Shown piece by piece: positions 38,084 through 51,460 of a stretch of DNA of 64,000 bases; position 1 is the stretch's first letter, and each line of letters begins with the position of its first letter. The position numbers and the translations under genes were made by a program. The notes beneath the pieces are model-generated. The model searched no databases. It was not told where the DNA came from and worked only from the letters and a program-made list of their open reading frames with translations. Source of the stretch: Octopus vulgaris (Eukaryota); contig OX597815.1 of NCBI GenBank assembly GCA_951406725.2, positions 1,612,001 to 1,676,000 on the forward strand, in the 5' to 3' direction.

Positions 38084-40013
38084 ATCCACCAAGGCTATCC
38101 CTGTTTGTTTACCAAAACTTTAGTCTTTGCTAGGTTAACTTTAAGGCTTTTTGGTTCCTGGGGTTGATGAAATAAAGTGCCAGTAAAGTATTGGGGTTGA
38201 TGGTATTTATTAACCCTGCCTCTGCTCTAAATTAGAAGCAATTATTTTGGTCATATTTTTTCTTGTTTTTAACTTTCTGATTTAGGAGGAAGGGACAGAG
38301 CCCACTGTGTTGGCAGAATCTTCCAAAACAGGTGAGATGAACGTCTTGTGTCAACTGATAGGTTAGTGCCTGTAGGGAAGGAGTTCCAGGGAGTCAATGT
38401 TCTGAGTGAAGTAGAAAGTGTAAGGGGTGGGGGACACTGATAAGATAAGAACCAGTCGGGTCCTGTAGTTGAGGACATCAACTAACAAGCCCTTTCCCTT
38501 AAAATTGCTGGCCTTGTGTCATAATTCATCATCATCATTTAATGTCTGTTTTCCACACTGGCATGGATGGTTTGGCAGGGGCTGCTGCACCAGGCACTGT
38601 TGTCTGTTTTGGAATACTTTCCACAGCTGGATGCCCTTCCTAATGCCAACCACTTCACAGAGTGGACTGGGTACTTTTTATGCAACACCAACTGACACCC
38701 AAGGTTTCTGTCATTTCACCTTCGTTAAAGTCAGATTTCCTCGTCACCCTAAATAACAGTGAGGAATTGTAATTAAACAACAGGAATAAAATGTGTTGCT
38801 TCACAAAGCAGAACATTTGTAGCTGTTGGATCCCATTAACAGCTGCTCCTTACAGTTTGAAGTTGGGGGCTTTCTGACCCTTTTTTTAACAGCAATATAA
38901 AGGGAAACATTTTTTATTGATGTTTTGCAGCTTGTTGAGATGTATTTTGTTGATAGGCGTCAGTCTCATCTGTTGTCCCCAAAAGTTCAACGAAAGAGAC
39001 GAGCAGTGTTTAGGTCGCCTGTCCACTAGACATTTTGGGTCCTAAAGTGTAATACACATCCCGTTCTTTTCTTCTGAGCAGTTATTAAGGGTTTGTGTTC
39101 CTGTCCCATACTTTGCTGTATCGTTTCTCTTTCACTTATTTCAGTCAACAGACTGTGGCGATGCTGGAAGAAATTTTAGTTGAATGAATGAACTCCAGGG
39201 TTTTCTTTTTTAAGCCTAGTACTTATTCCATTGGACTCTATCACCAAACCCCAACCGGTGTTGGTTTGTGTATGTCCCTATAACTTAGTTGTTCAACAAA
39301 AGGAGTCTGATAGAATAAGCACCAGGCTTTTAAAAAACCAAGTCCTGGGGTCGATTCATTCAGCTAAAAACTCTTCAAGGTGGTGCCCCAGCATGGCCAC
39401 ATTCTAATGACTGAAACAAGTAAAGGATAAAAGATGGGCACCTCCTCCCGAGTGACCCTAAACTCCCTGTTGATGCCCCCATCCCACCCTCACAACACAG
39501 TGAAGTTCAATAATAAAGAAATGCAAAAGATTCTTAGAAGACGTCTAAGACTCCAGTTTTACGACATTCTTTCCAGGGCCCAACTGGTGCTTATCGGAAA
39601 GGATAAACACACAAGCTTCAAGCATATTTGAACTGAAAACAGGTTTGCATTTATGCACAACACTGCCTCACCATCTAAAAAGATCTGTGGCTCTTCTTTC
39701 AATAGACAGGAAAAAACTAAGAAACGGTTCCATGTGATGAAGCTTTTCTTTCTTTTTTTTTTCTTCTTCGTTGTGATAAATGTTAACCCGAAAGAAAATT
39801 GGTTTTGAATAATTTTGGCACAAGGCCAGCAATTTTGGGGAAGCAGGAAGTTCATTGCATCAAGCTCAGTGTTCCACGGCTGCTTAATTTGTAGATCCTG
39901 AATTTATCCTCAGATCGTAAAGATTAATGAAATTCTGCTAAGCATTTCGCCAGGCATGGTAACAGTTGCGTCAGCAGAGCCTCTTTGAAGTATTAATGAT
40001 TATTTATAAAATA

Positions 40014-40392
40014 CTAGCAGTATCGCCCGGCGTTGCTCGGGTTTGTAAGGGAAATAACTATATAAGCATTTTTAGAGACTTATAGCCAAAAAATAGCAAA
40101 AAAATGGGAAAAAAATTATGGTAAATTTTTTTAAAAATCGTTGTCTCATCGTAGACATTTTTAGAGAGTTACTTCCCTTATATAATAGCGAAAAAATGCA
40201 TTAAAATGGAAAACAATGATGGTAAATTTTTTTTTAAATCGTAGACGCGCGCTAATACCCAGAAGGGCTCAATATGAATCACGACTATAAGATACCCGGT
40301 TTTGGTTAAACTGCACCGCAAAATGTGGGAGTAGTTAGGAATCTAAATCGAAGGGGACAGACAGCACACAACCTCACTTTTATATATAAAGA
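40014..40392 (-). mobile_element. Non-autonomous Helitron
   Basis: Minus strand A|TCTTTATATATA ... CCCGAGCAACGCCGGG hairpin ... CTAG|T. No TSD. Confidence 0.8.
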
Positions 40393-40520
40393 TAAGTATT
40401 ATATATCAATAAAAGGTACACTACGAAAAAAGAAAAGTATTATAGGGTTAAGTTTATGAATTCAGAGGCAAGAAAGGTAAATTTTCAATGGGATTTATAT
40501 TTAGCATATAAAGAGCTGGT

Positions 40521-41195
40521 GGGGCTAATGCAGTTTCGCACCTCTCTTTGGAAAAGGCATTTTAATGCATTTTTCGCTATTATATAAGGGAAGTAACTCT
40601 CTAAAAATGTCTACGATGAGTCAACGATTTAAAAAAATTTATCATCATTTTGTTTTCCATTTTTAATGCATTTTTTGGCTATAACTCTCTAAAAATGCTT
40701 ATATAGTTATTTCCCTTACAAACCCGAGCAATGCCGGGCGATATTGCTAGTATTTTATAAATAAATGGAAAGGGATAAATAGATAAATAAATAAATAGAT
40801 GAAAAAATTTAAAATTGGGGGAGGGGTGAAATTTGAGCCCTTTATTAAACTTTATAACATTAATTATTAAATATTAATGTTTGTTTCTCATAAAATGATA
40901 TTTAATTTACATTGTATTATTTACGATTATTTAAGACAAACGCAAATTCTTTTAATTTTAATGTTTTTGTCTATTTAATTTCGATTAGCATATGTTCGTC
41001 AATTCGCTATGATCTCTTTAAAGTAAGCAAAATCAAAATTTTAAATTGGGGTCAGTATGTGAAAGAGGTGGGGAATAAAAAGACATTTTTTCTTGCCTAT
41101 TCGTAATCTCCGACATCTAAAACGTAGGAATCCGATAACAAAATGGTTCAAAAGAATACATTTTTCAAGGAGAGGTGCGAAACTGCTTTAGTCCC
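40521..41195. mobile_element. Merlin/MULE-type non-autonomous DNA transposon containing an inverted Helitron 3' half (40557-40750)
   Basis: TIRs GGG(G/A)CTAA(T/A)GCAGTTTCGCACCTCTC. Flanks AGAGCTGGT and AGAGCTGGA form a 9-bp TSD with 1 mismatch. Confidence 0.7.
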
Positions 41196-41960
41196 AGAGC
41201 TGGAACATGAGAGAATAAATACAAGTTATTTATTCCCTGATAATCTAAAGAATCAGTTCCCCGTTACTTAGCGGTTCGGCAAAAGAGACCGATAGAATAA
41301 GTACTGGGCTTACAAAGAATAAGTCCCGGGGTCGATTTCCTCGACTAAAGGCGGTGCTCCAGCATGGTCGCAGTCAAATGACTGAAACAAGTAAAAGAGT
41401 AAAGAGAGAGAGAGAGAAGATTTCCAGGTTAAATATGGACGTGCACTCGCAAGCTTCACGAAATAAATTTAATTCAGCAACATCGACGAAATAGAAACAA
41501 AACACCAGAAGAAATTTGAAGGGAAAAAAATCTCTTCATGAAAACCAACGCAAAAACCGAAAGCTTAATGTTATCTAAATTCTAGTTTGTCTCCTACAAA
41601 CGATATTTCATTGAGACATTGCAGACCAAGGACTGCGAAGAGAGACCAGGACATTCTTACCGAACAACACGATGCGTTAATTAATTCATTAATTACGTAT
41701 TTTAATGTTTATACAATCACGTACACATTTTAATTTTTGTAGGGTTCCACCTCCACTCAAATGTTTTATACGTATACAAAAATCAAATGATTCTACAACT
41801 CCTAAGACCCACAGAAACTTCTTGTTGCAAGAAAAGCAAAACAAAGATGGCGAATTTCTAAGAACGAATATTTTTCAAAGGCGACTCTAGAAGTATTGAA
41901 AATAGTACGAAAGAGTTTTGAACGGAGATTGCGGAGATCAACAAATGAAAATAAGCTATT

Positions 41961-42182
41961 TGAGAACAGTGGTCCCGGTGCGCGCACTCGCGTATCCGCG
42001 CTAGACAGTCATGACTAGTCGATCCTTACTTTGTGTTTTTGCTTTATTTACTTTGTTTAAAAAATGATTTATTTTGTGTTTTATTTACTTTGCTCGGTAG
42101 TCGTTGTAGGATCAACTAGTCACGACTAGCTAGCGCGACTACGCGAGTGCGCGCACCGGGACCATTGTTCTCAGGTAGTACC
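41961..42182. mobile_element. Hairpin MITE (same family as 45515-45788), left end clipped
   Basis: ~65-bp GC-rich TIRs GAGAACAGTGGTCCCGGTGCGCGCACTCGCGTA..GACTAGTCGATCC around a T-rich spacer. Confidence 0.85.
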
Positions 42183-42919
42183 CTATTTCGGCCTTTGAGT
42201 ATCAAAGGATCCACAATACGAAAGAAATAAGTCTTCTTTTAAGGAGGAACTCTGAGACAGTCTCAAAGTTAACATTGAACAGATTGACTGATCTTCTGAT
42301 GTTGTCATCCAACGGAAAACAACATTAAAAGACAACGTTGGACAAATGGCGACGATATTGAAATGTCTGCATTCGACATAAAAAAAACTCTCTGTCTCTC
42401 TCTCTCGGCGGGAAACATCCAAGAGTCGTAAAAGAGACAGCAACTATGGAAGAAGAAGAAATGGAAAGTATAACACCCAAATGGGATCTAGTTGGTTTGG
42501 CTGCCAGCATTTCAAAAATTTATCGAAAATTTTAGAATTTGGCACAATAATATACTTTTCCAAGCTAAATTTCACTTTTTCCAGAAAAAATGTTTTAAAA
42601 AAAAGTTAAAGAGGTTTAAAGTTCGATCATTTTCACCCAATCAGGAAACAGGATTTGGAAGCTGCCATTTTGTGCGGGACTGCACTCTTTGCTGCCAGCA
42701 TCCTGAAAATGGCGCCGGCTTCGAGCATTCGGTCAGGCTTTTAAGGCAAATGCCATAAACACACATTTTCGCCTTACAAATGGCTTCAATAGTTTTAACA
42801 GAAAGATTTGCAAGAATTTGATGAAAGTTCTCCGGTAATTTTCTTTCCTTTAAATGTATTTCGTTTTTGGATTTGGTTTGCAAGATTCTTTATGTGAGTT
42901 CGTGTGTTGAAGCATGTTT

Positions 42920-43342
42920 TGTTGTGTCTGGGGAGAGTCAGTCTCTTTTTCTGCCTTTCTCAGTTCAAATTCCGCCGAGGTCGACTCTGCTTTTCATCCT
43001 TTCGGGGTCGATAAATTAAGTACCAGTTGAGTACTGAGGTCGATGTAATCGACTTAATCCGTTTGTCTGTCCTTGTTTGTCCCTTCTGTGTTTAGCCCCT
43101 TGTGAGTAGTAAAGAAATAAGAGTCATTCTCTTTTGGTGCCTTATAATGTAACACACTCACCGGTAAAATTTCCACTTATTTCTTATTTTTGTTGCTTGT
43201 TGAAAAGTCTTGACTATTGAAAAGGTTTCAAGACGCAACGAAAATTTTAGGTAAATAAAAATCAGAAATAAGTGGAAATTTTTACGGGTGCGTGTGTTAA
43301 ATTATAAGGCAGAAAAGAAAATGATTCTCTCCAGACACAACA
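42920..43342. repeat. Inverted repeat interrupted by a family-B SINE fragment (42960-43120)
   Basis: 43121-43195 pairs with ~43255-43330. GTTGTGTCTGG at 42921 pairs with CCAGACACAAC at 43331. Confidence 0.7.
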
Positions 43343-43702
43343 GAATTTAAATAAATGTTTATGTTAATTAAAAAGTTTTATTCAAAAAACGTTATTTAGC
43401 TGTTATTTTTAGCATCCCCCACAACTACCTTAATGACAAAAAGAAACGAATTAACAAGTAGTTTTAAGCATTCAATATCCATTTAATGCAGGTGCGATGA
43501 ACACCTTACAAATTAAATGTTTTTTGAAAAACAAGCATTTTGTTGATCAGTTCATAGATTTTCAAACTTTAATTGCTAATTACTCTCTTTTTATTGACTT
43601 ATAATGAAAATGATTTTCACGTCATTCATTAACCAATAAAGGTGTATCATTACACTGAATATTAAATTGATTCAAACAGAATTGATGCTGGCTGCCAACC
43701 TA

Positions 43703-44239
43703 GGGTCAAACTAAAGGGTCTCTGCTGACTTGTATTATATTGTCTTTGACTCAATTCTGCGGTGCCAAACCAAAAGTATAGAAACTATTATTTCACTTCA
43801 ATGGTGTTGCTTAATCTATTGATATTGATAACTTCATCACACACACATTCAACTCCATAATAATAATAATAACAACAGATACTAAAGATGGTGCTATGGC
43901 CTTTTCTTTGATAATATCTTTCTTGCTTATCTAAATTCCGTTCAATGCACACTTCCCTTGAACCAACCATTTCTCTTTGTGTGTGTGTGTGTGCTCTTGG
44001 TAATCGTTTAGAACAACTAGTTACACACCTATTACACTTTTTTTTCTTCTTTTTTTTCCGGCCCGGGTCAAACACTACAGTTTAAAGGGCATGGACTAAA
44101 GATGTGAATTTTCCGAGCCCCCCCTCCCTTCGCGAGTGCGCATTTTTTTGTCATATTCGTTTAGAGCAAGTTGTTTTACACATATTTCACTATTTTTTTG
44201 TTTGTTTTTATGCTCGGGTCAGACCCTTTAGTTTGACCC
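43703..44239. mobile_element. Putative non-autonomous TIR element
   Basis: GGGTCAAACTAAAGGGTC at 43703 and its reverse complement at 44222-44239. No clear TSD. Confidence 0.45.
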
Positions 44240-44964
44240 ATCCCCCAAATCAAAGTAAAATTATGTAGTACAGGGTTGTCCATACACAAAATGCACGGCA
44301 CAGCAGATCAGAACTACACACAAAAACGTGCACCAAGGGCTTAAACGGCCGCCATCAGTTTGCGATGGTTGCTGTCGAGACCTCAGGTGTTCTTGAACCC
44401 TGCACTGCCAAATTCCATTGCAAAATTGGAATAACTGAAGACCGTCTGAGAAGCGAGTCCTGTGAGGTATGATGATGGCTGCTGCATTAAGCGTCACTGG
44501 CCATTCTCTGCCACAACAACGCCCTTGCAATCATGTCTGCAAGGAATGGCCAAACACGTCCTTTGCTCTGGGGTTTACAACTTCTTACTCCCCACCATAT
44601 TCTGCTGCTTCATTTCCACCCTTTTTTCCCCCTTCGTTTCTTTGGTAATTATGTTTTTTTTTTCCTCTCGATAATTTTTTTTTTTTTTCTTTTCTTCCTG
44701 TAAAAATCTCGGCGATCTTTCGGCACAAGTACCATAACTGCCAATTATAAACTCACGTGGGTTTATTTACATTTCTGAAGAAAAAAGAAACCCTTTCCCC
44801 AACCCCTTTCAAAGCTGAAGTTGTCTGTGTGTGTGTGGCAGGTTTGGTAGCCTTCAACTAACACTATTTCCTCCGAGACCCTGCAGCGCAAGTTGACCAA
44901 AATTGAGAGTATGATAGAACACGGCTTGCTCTTCCTTCCGTAGAAGAAAAATTTCAAATCAGAC

Positions 44965-45194
44965 CATGTTAACACCAAAAATTATTTATGTCAAAAAGGT
45001 GCTTATTTTTCTATGAAAATCCCTATTTTTTACGATTTTTTGACTGCTGTGTCGCCATTTTTCAGTGTATTTCAACCAGAAAAATGTTCACTTAAAGAGA
45101 ATAACAAGCTACATAATGCAAAATTGTTACTTTTCAAAAATTCCAATTCTAAAGGGTCGAAACAAACCCGAGCAACGCTGGGCGATACTGCTAG
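44965..45194 (+). mobile_element. Helitron 3' end
   Basis: AAACCCGAGCAACGCTGGGCGATACTGCTAG|T, same terminus as 40014-40392. The 5' boundary is uncertain. Confidence 0.65.
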
Positions 45195-45514
45195 TTTATG
45201 ATAAAAGTTGTTTATGTTTAAAAAAAAGACAAAGGACAGAACATCTGAATGAAAGGATGACTATAAGAATCCTGCAGGAATATGTGCTCAGGATATGAGT
45301 CTGCCTGGAGATGAACAGTTTGAACGACTTGGTCTGCTCTGTAGCTATAGAGATATCAAGAGGTACAGCTTGAATTTCATGACCATAAAAGGAAAAAAGA
45401 TAGTATAGCATGCAAAATCAGAAAAACCAAGAAAAGACCTTTTTTTGGTTAATTTTTGAGTTTGAAAAAAAAAAAAAGATCTGACATTTAAAAGAAAGAA
45501 AAAGAGGGAATCCA

Positions 45515-45788
45515 GGTACTACTTAAGAAGAGTGGTCCTGGTGCACATACTTGCGCATCCGCACTAGCTAGTCGTGACTAGTCGATCCTTACTTTGTGTT
45601 TTTGTTTTATTTACTTTGTTTAAAAAAATTATTTACTTTGTGCTTTTGTGTTTTATTTACTTTGTTTTAAAAAGAAATTATTTTGTGTTTTATTTACTTT
45701 GCTAGGTAGTTGTAGGATCGACTAGTCACGACTAGCTAGCGCGGATGCGTGAGTGAGCGCACCGGGACCACTCTTCTTAAGTAGTACT
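45515..45788. mobile_element. Merlin-type MITE with perfect 9-bp TSD
   Basis: GGGAATCCA at 45506-45514 and 45789-45797. TIR starts GGTAC, matching the Merlin GGNRM consensus. TIRs are ~75 bp. Confidence 0.85.
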
Positions 45789-46221
45789 GGGAATCCAATA
45801 GCAACGAAATAGAACACAAACAGAAAAAGGTAGACATCTTGGAAGCGAAAGGAAAACTAAAGCAGAGCCTAACAGCGAAACCATGTTGCATAGAATGCTG
45901 TGAGAAACCCGAATGCTTCTTCCAAGAATTTGAGGTAAGCATTAAATGTTTCTACAGAAATGGTTTTTGTGTTTTTATGTATTTATATACTTTCTAAATC
46001 ATTTGACAGGAACTGGAACCATTCTCTTTATTTTTTGGATTTGTCTCAATACTTAATGAAAAAATTTTCTAAAATTGATGAAGGGCTCTGTCTAAATAAT
46101 CCTATCTTTCCTCTCCCTCACAACAAAGGAATATCTAGAAAGGTTTGTCAGTCTGCTTCAGGGTCCCAGCAGACAAAAGAGGCAGAAAAAAAATTAAAAG
46201 AAAAAAGAAAAAGAAACTGCG

Positions 46222-46610
46222 TAGACGTAGGAGTGGCCTGTGTGGTAAGTAGCTTGCTTACCAGCCACATGGTTCCTGATTCAATCCCACTGCGTGGCAC
46301 CTTGGGCAAGTGTCTTCTACTATAGCCTTGGGACCACCAAAGCCTTGTGAGTGGATTTGGTAGACTGAAGCTGAAAGAAGGCTGTCGTATATATGTGTAT
46401 ATATTTATATGTATGTGTCTGTGTTTGTCCTCCAATATTGCTTGACAACCGATGCTGGTGTGTTTATGTCCCTGTAACTTAGCGGTTCAGCAAAAGAGAC
46501 CGATAGAATAAGTACTAGGCTTACAAAGAATAAGTCCTGGGTTGATTTGCTCAACTAAAGGCGGTGCTCCAGCATGGCCGCAGTCAAATGACGGAAACAA
46601 GTAAAAGAGA
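46222..46610 (+). mobile_element. SINE family A
   Basis: Same head and tail as 54494-54887. Confidence 0.85.
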
Positions 46611-46619
46611 AAATAGAAG

Positions 46620-49600
46620 ACTCACCAACAACCTCAGAAATGCAGACATTATTGGGGGGGAATGTGGAGGGGAGAAAATCTAATATAACCAAACTGCAAA
46701 ATGAGTAAGAATGGAAGACGGAGTGAAAAAGTTTTTTATAACAATAGACATGGCCAGCTGTAGCCATTGAAGGAATCACTGAGACATTGAGAATCACCAG
46801 CAACAGGGAAACATCACGAATAGACAGGATTCCTCACTCCTGGCTAAAACACCTCATCATTATCCCTGTGGTGCCTATATTTAGTGATATGTTAAGGTGG
46901 TGAGCTGGCAGAGTCGTTAGCACGCCAGGCGAAATGCTTAGCGGTATTTCGCCTGTCGTTACGTTCTGAGTTCAAATTCTGCCAAGGTCGACTTTGCCTT
47001 TCATCCTTTCGGGGTCGATAAATAAAGTACCAGTTTCACACTGGGGTCGATGTAATCGACTTAATCTCTTTGTCTGTCCTTGTCCCCTTTATGTTTAGCC
47101 CCTTGTGGGCAGTAAAGAAATAGGTATTTAGTGTTAAATGTTAAGCAGACCAGAATTGACCCCTGACTGGATGCTGGAAGACTAAAACCGTCTTCCAGCA
47201 TCTAATCCCTAAAAACAAACACACCATACATCTACAAAATTGTGGGCCCATAACATGCCTACCATCAATTATGTACAACCAGCTAATTGCATATCTGGAA
47301 AACAACAATATCATACCAGAAGAACAAAAATGGTGCCAGAAACGGTTATATGGCAATAAAGAACAGCTGCTGGTGATTTTGGCCATTGATGAAGAATTTA
47401 AAAAGAGGAAAACAGAGTTGCATGGATTGGGTGTGGAGGCACATGGCCTAGTGGTTAGAGCAGCGGACTTGCGGTCGAGGGATAGCCGGTTTGAATCTCA
47501 GACCGGGTGATGTGTGTGTTTATGAGCGAAACACCTAAGCTCCACGCGGCTCCGGCAGAAGGTAACGGTGAACTTCTGCTGACTCTTTTGCCACAACTTT
47601 CTCTCACTCTTTCCTCCTGCATCTTGCAGCTCACCTGCGACGGACTGGTGTCCCCTCCAGGTGGGGAACCTATACGCAAAGGAAACTGGGAAACCGGCCC
47701 TTATGAGCCAGGCATGGCTCGAGTAGGAACATGGATTTAGTATGAGATGCTTTTCAACAGTATTTCATAATTTTGGATACTAAAGTCACTCTACATAGAT
47801 AAGGTTGCCCCAACACTTAGAATAACCCAACCTTGTGAATACAAAATGGAAAACTGTTAAATCATTGAAAACAGGGAGACTATTATCAAAAGAAGCCCAA
47901 TGTATATAAGAGGAATCTTCCAAGGTGACTCACAGTCTCCACTCCTTTTCTCTTGTGCTCTGACTCCACTAATGGCATACAGGTGTTACAGTCAAAATGT
48001 AAATCATTCCTTGAATATGGGTGACTTTAATAAGCAGACTTGTTTATAAACATAACGTGAGATTAGTTACCATGAAGTTGTTGAAACAGTTGTAAACTTT
48101 GAATTAAAAATAATATCACAAACTTCAATTGTTAATTTTTATTATACTCCATGATAAAAATGGAATTTGCAGATTTTCTGTTTATTAAAAAAAAAACCCC
48201 CAAAAAACAGCAGTTCCATAAGGGGGTACTCCCTCACTTTCAATTTTCAGATGACTGCTGTCTGTAGAAGGACTTCCCAAGATGTTGCTGATTGCTTCAA
48301 GTGGAGGGAAATTGTGGAAGTTGGAGACCCAAGAGGACATGAGACAAAGAACTGAAGGACAATCTCAAAACATTGAGCTTTATGAAGGAGCTGACCGAGG
48401 GCCGAGATTTGTGATGCTGGACTCAAGACAACCTGTCTACCACAACAAAACAGATTTCCTAAAACCAAGGTGCTATGGAAAGAGCATTGGTGATGATGCC
48501 ACATAAAAAGCACCCAGCCTACTCTGTAAAGTGGTTGGCACTAGGAAGGGCATCTAGTTTTAGAAACAAGGCCAAAGCAGACAATGGGACCTGGTGTGGC
48601 CCAGGGCCTTACCAGTTCCTGTCAAACCATCCAATCCATGCCAGCATGGAAAATGGACGTTAAATGATGTTGATGATCTCATCATTACTTGATATCTGCT
48701 CTCCATACTGGCATGGGTTGGATGGTTTGACTGGAGCTAATGAGCTGCACCAGGTTCAAGTCTGATTTGGCATGATTTCTATGGCTGGATGCCCTTCCTA
48801 ATGCCAACCACTCCAGGAGGGTAATGAGTGCCTTTTACGTGCCACCAGAATGGATGCCATTTATGTGATACTGGCAGTGACCACGACTACAGTTCATGGG
48901 TGGGGGCCATTTTCATGGCACCAGCAACAACTATGAATATGATGCATGGGTGCCATTTGCATGGCACTGGCAGTGACCATGACTACGAGTCATGAGTGCC
49001 ATTTCCACGGCGCCAGCAGCAACTGTGACTCACAGGTGCCATTTACGAATATTCCTACTTTTCTATGAAGGAATTAAAGAAATGTTGAAGCAAATTAATA
49101 CGATCATTTCAGATTTCGGCTCAAGGCCAGCAAATTTGGTTGTAGGGAGTTAGTTGAGTACATTGAGGCGAAAATCAAGAGAAAAATCTTCTGTGGGGGA
49201 CAGTGTGTCCCCTTGAGTGAAGTACTACAGAAGACAAAGTTGGGGTATGATCTTTGAAGAGGTAAGGGAAAACTGAACCACTTGCTGTGATGGTGATGTG
49301 ATGAGGAAAGCTTGTCAGGACAGAAGGCACAGAAGTGGGTATGCCAAATGGTGAAATGATGAAGGTAATTCCACCTGAATCCAGCAATAAATACCTGGGA
49401 ATACTTGAGGCAGATGGAATCAAACAAGAAGAACATGAAGGAAAAGACAAAGAAAGAGTACCTGTGGCGAGTGAGAAAAAGATTGGCTTCAAAGCTGAAT
49501 GCTAGAAACAGCAGCAGTTTGGTATGGCACTGGAATTCTGAAGTGGACAGAGGAGGAGCTAAAGGATTTTGCACAAGAAGACAAGAAAGCTCCTAACGAT

Positions 49601-50470
49601 GCATGGAGCCTATCATCCATGTGCAGACACTGATCACTTATACATGAAGAGGGCAAATGGAGGAAGGAGACTGATGAATGTGGAAGACTGTGTATGCATC
49701 AAAGTCAAGAGGTAATGGGATACTGAGCCCAAAGTAAGGAAACTTTGCTAGTGACAGGTAGGAACGAGGGAGTATTGAGAGCAGGGTGAAAAGGGGAAAG
49801 CAATGGAAGAAGGACAAAAAGAACATGAAGAAGAATTACGCAAGAAGGGGACAACAGGATTGATTCTATGTAGCCACAACAGAAGTAGCTGGAAGAACAT
49901 GGATGGGGGGATTGGCTGAAGAAAGAGACTGAAAGCACTCTACTGGCTGTGCAAGACCAAGCTTTGGCCACGATCTGGAGGGTCAACCATAGGAATGAGC
50001 AGGTGTCTCTGCTGTGTCACATCAGCAATGGAGCAAATGAAACCATTGCCCATATCGAAAACAAAGTTGTGATATGGGCAAAATCACTACAAGTTGTGGC
50101 GACACGATCAGGTAGCAACTGTGCGATGAGTGGGGGCTAGAGAGAGGCAAGACATGGTATGAGCACTAACCACAGAGGGTGGTGGAGTTGGAGACTAGCA
50201 AAATCCTCTGAGATTTCCCAATACAAACATATCAGGTGCTAGAGCATAACAGCCTGGACCTAGTGGTAGTGGACAAGGTGCACCAAATATGTTATATAGT
50301 TGATGTTGTATGCCCCTTTGACCCCTATGTAGTTGATGTTGCATGCCCCTTTTATATTCCTCATCAAGGGGAATATAAAGGAAATTGGAATCGAGTGCCC
50401 AGTAGGACTGTTACAAAAGGTTTGCTTCATTGGCACGGCCAGAATAACCAGGAAAGTACTAGATAGCTGA
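46620..50470 (+). mobile_element. Fragmented R4/Dong-clade LINE remnants (RT and restriction-like endonuclease) with nested SINEs
   Basis: PITCLP..IIPEEQK..KEQLL (47245-47375), RGIFQGDSQSPLLF (~47909-47950), KYLGILE (~49389), AVQDQALAT (~49946), and HNSLDLVVVDK..CYIVDVVCPFD (ORF 50236..50466). Confidence 0.75.
47431..47730 (+). mobile_element. tRNA(Arg)-like SINE inserted into the R4/Dong RT remnant
   Basis: A box TGGCCTAGTGG and B-box-like GGTTTGAATC. The LINE reading frame appears to resume after the insert. Confidence 0.7.
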
Positions 50471-50967
50471 AAAGAACGGATAATGTGATAAAGAAAAAAG
50501 TAATAATAATAATGGTTTCAAATTTTGGCACAAGGCCAACAAGTTCAGGGGAGGGGGTAAGTTGATCAATCCCCAGTATGCAACTGGTACTTATTTTTTC
50601 AACTTCAAAAGGAAAAAACAAGTAAAGAAGACCTTGGCGGAATTTGATCTAAAGATGGACAGGATGCTGCTAAGCGTTTTGCTTGGCATACCAACAATTC
50701 TGCCTGTTTGTTGCCATAACAACAATAATGATGATGATGATGATAATTATTTGAAATTTTTGTCACAAGAGCAGCTTGGGGAGGTGGGGATGGGTCAATT
50801 ACATTGACCTCAGTGTTCAGTTTTATTGACCCTGAAAGAATGAATGGCAAAGTTGACCTCAGTGGAATTTGAACTCAGAACACAAGGACAGATGAAAACC
50901 ACTAAACATTTCATCCAGCATGCTATCGATTCTGCCAGCTTGCCGCCTTAATAATAATAATAATAAT

Positions 50968-51460
50968 AAAGCTAATAAACCGGATATTATCATAAAAGAT
51001 CTGACAAAAAGGATGTGTTTGTTAATTGACATGAGTATTCCTTGCGATCACAATATAGCGGTGAAAGAATTTGACAAGATCAGTAAATATAAAGACTTGC
51101 TAATAGAAATTGAAAAAATGTGGCATCTCAAGGCGACTACAGTACCAGTGATTGTAGGATCTCTAGGAATGATAAAAAAAAAGGTACTGAAGCCTATTTG
51201 AAAATGATACCAGGCTTACCATCCCTACAGGAAGTGCAAAACATTGTGTTAACTAGAACGGCTCATGTACTGAGAAGAGCATTATTGCTGTGAAAACATC
51301 TATCCATGAATTTATTTATTTATTAATTTTTAAATACATATTTTACCTGTGAATTTGCGTGTGTAATCTGGGAATGCATACAATGAGCTTCTCTGCCCTA
51401 GGTGTACGGAAAACACCCGGCGAGGAACGGAAGAAAATTTGAAGAAAGAAGGAAAAAAAA
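50968..51460 (+). mobile_element. R4/Dong LINE 3' end (RLE domain) inserted after (TAA)n
   Basis: NKPDIIIKD..CLLIDMSIPCD..KISKYKDLLIEIEKMW..VPVIVGSLG (PD..D RLE motif). Preceded by a (TAA)n run; A-rich tail. Confidence 0.85.

Noticed and set aside
47431-47505. Functional tRNA genes at SINE heads (also 2109-2180 and 54494-54565)
   Set aside because: The cloverleafs are degenerate and continue into SINE bodies.
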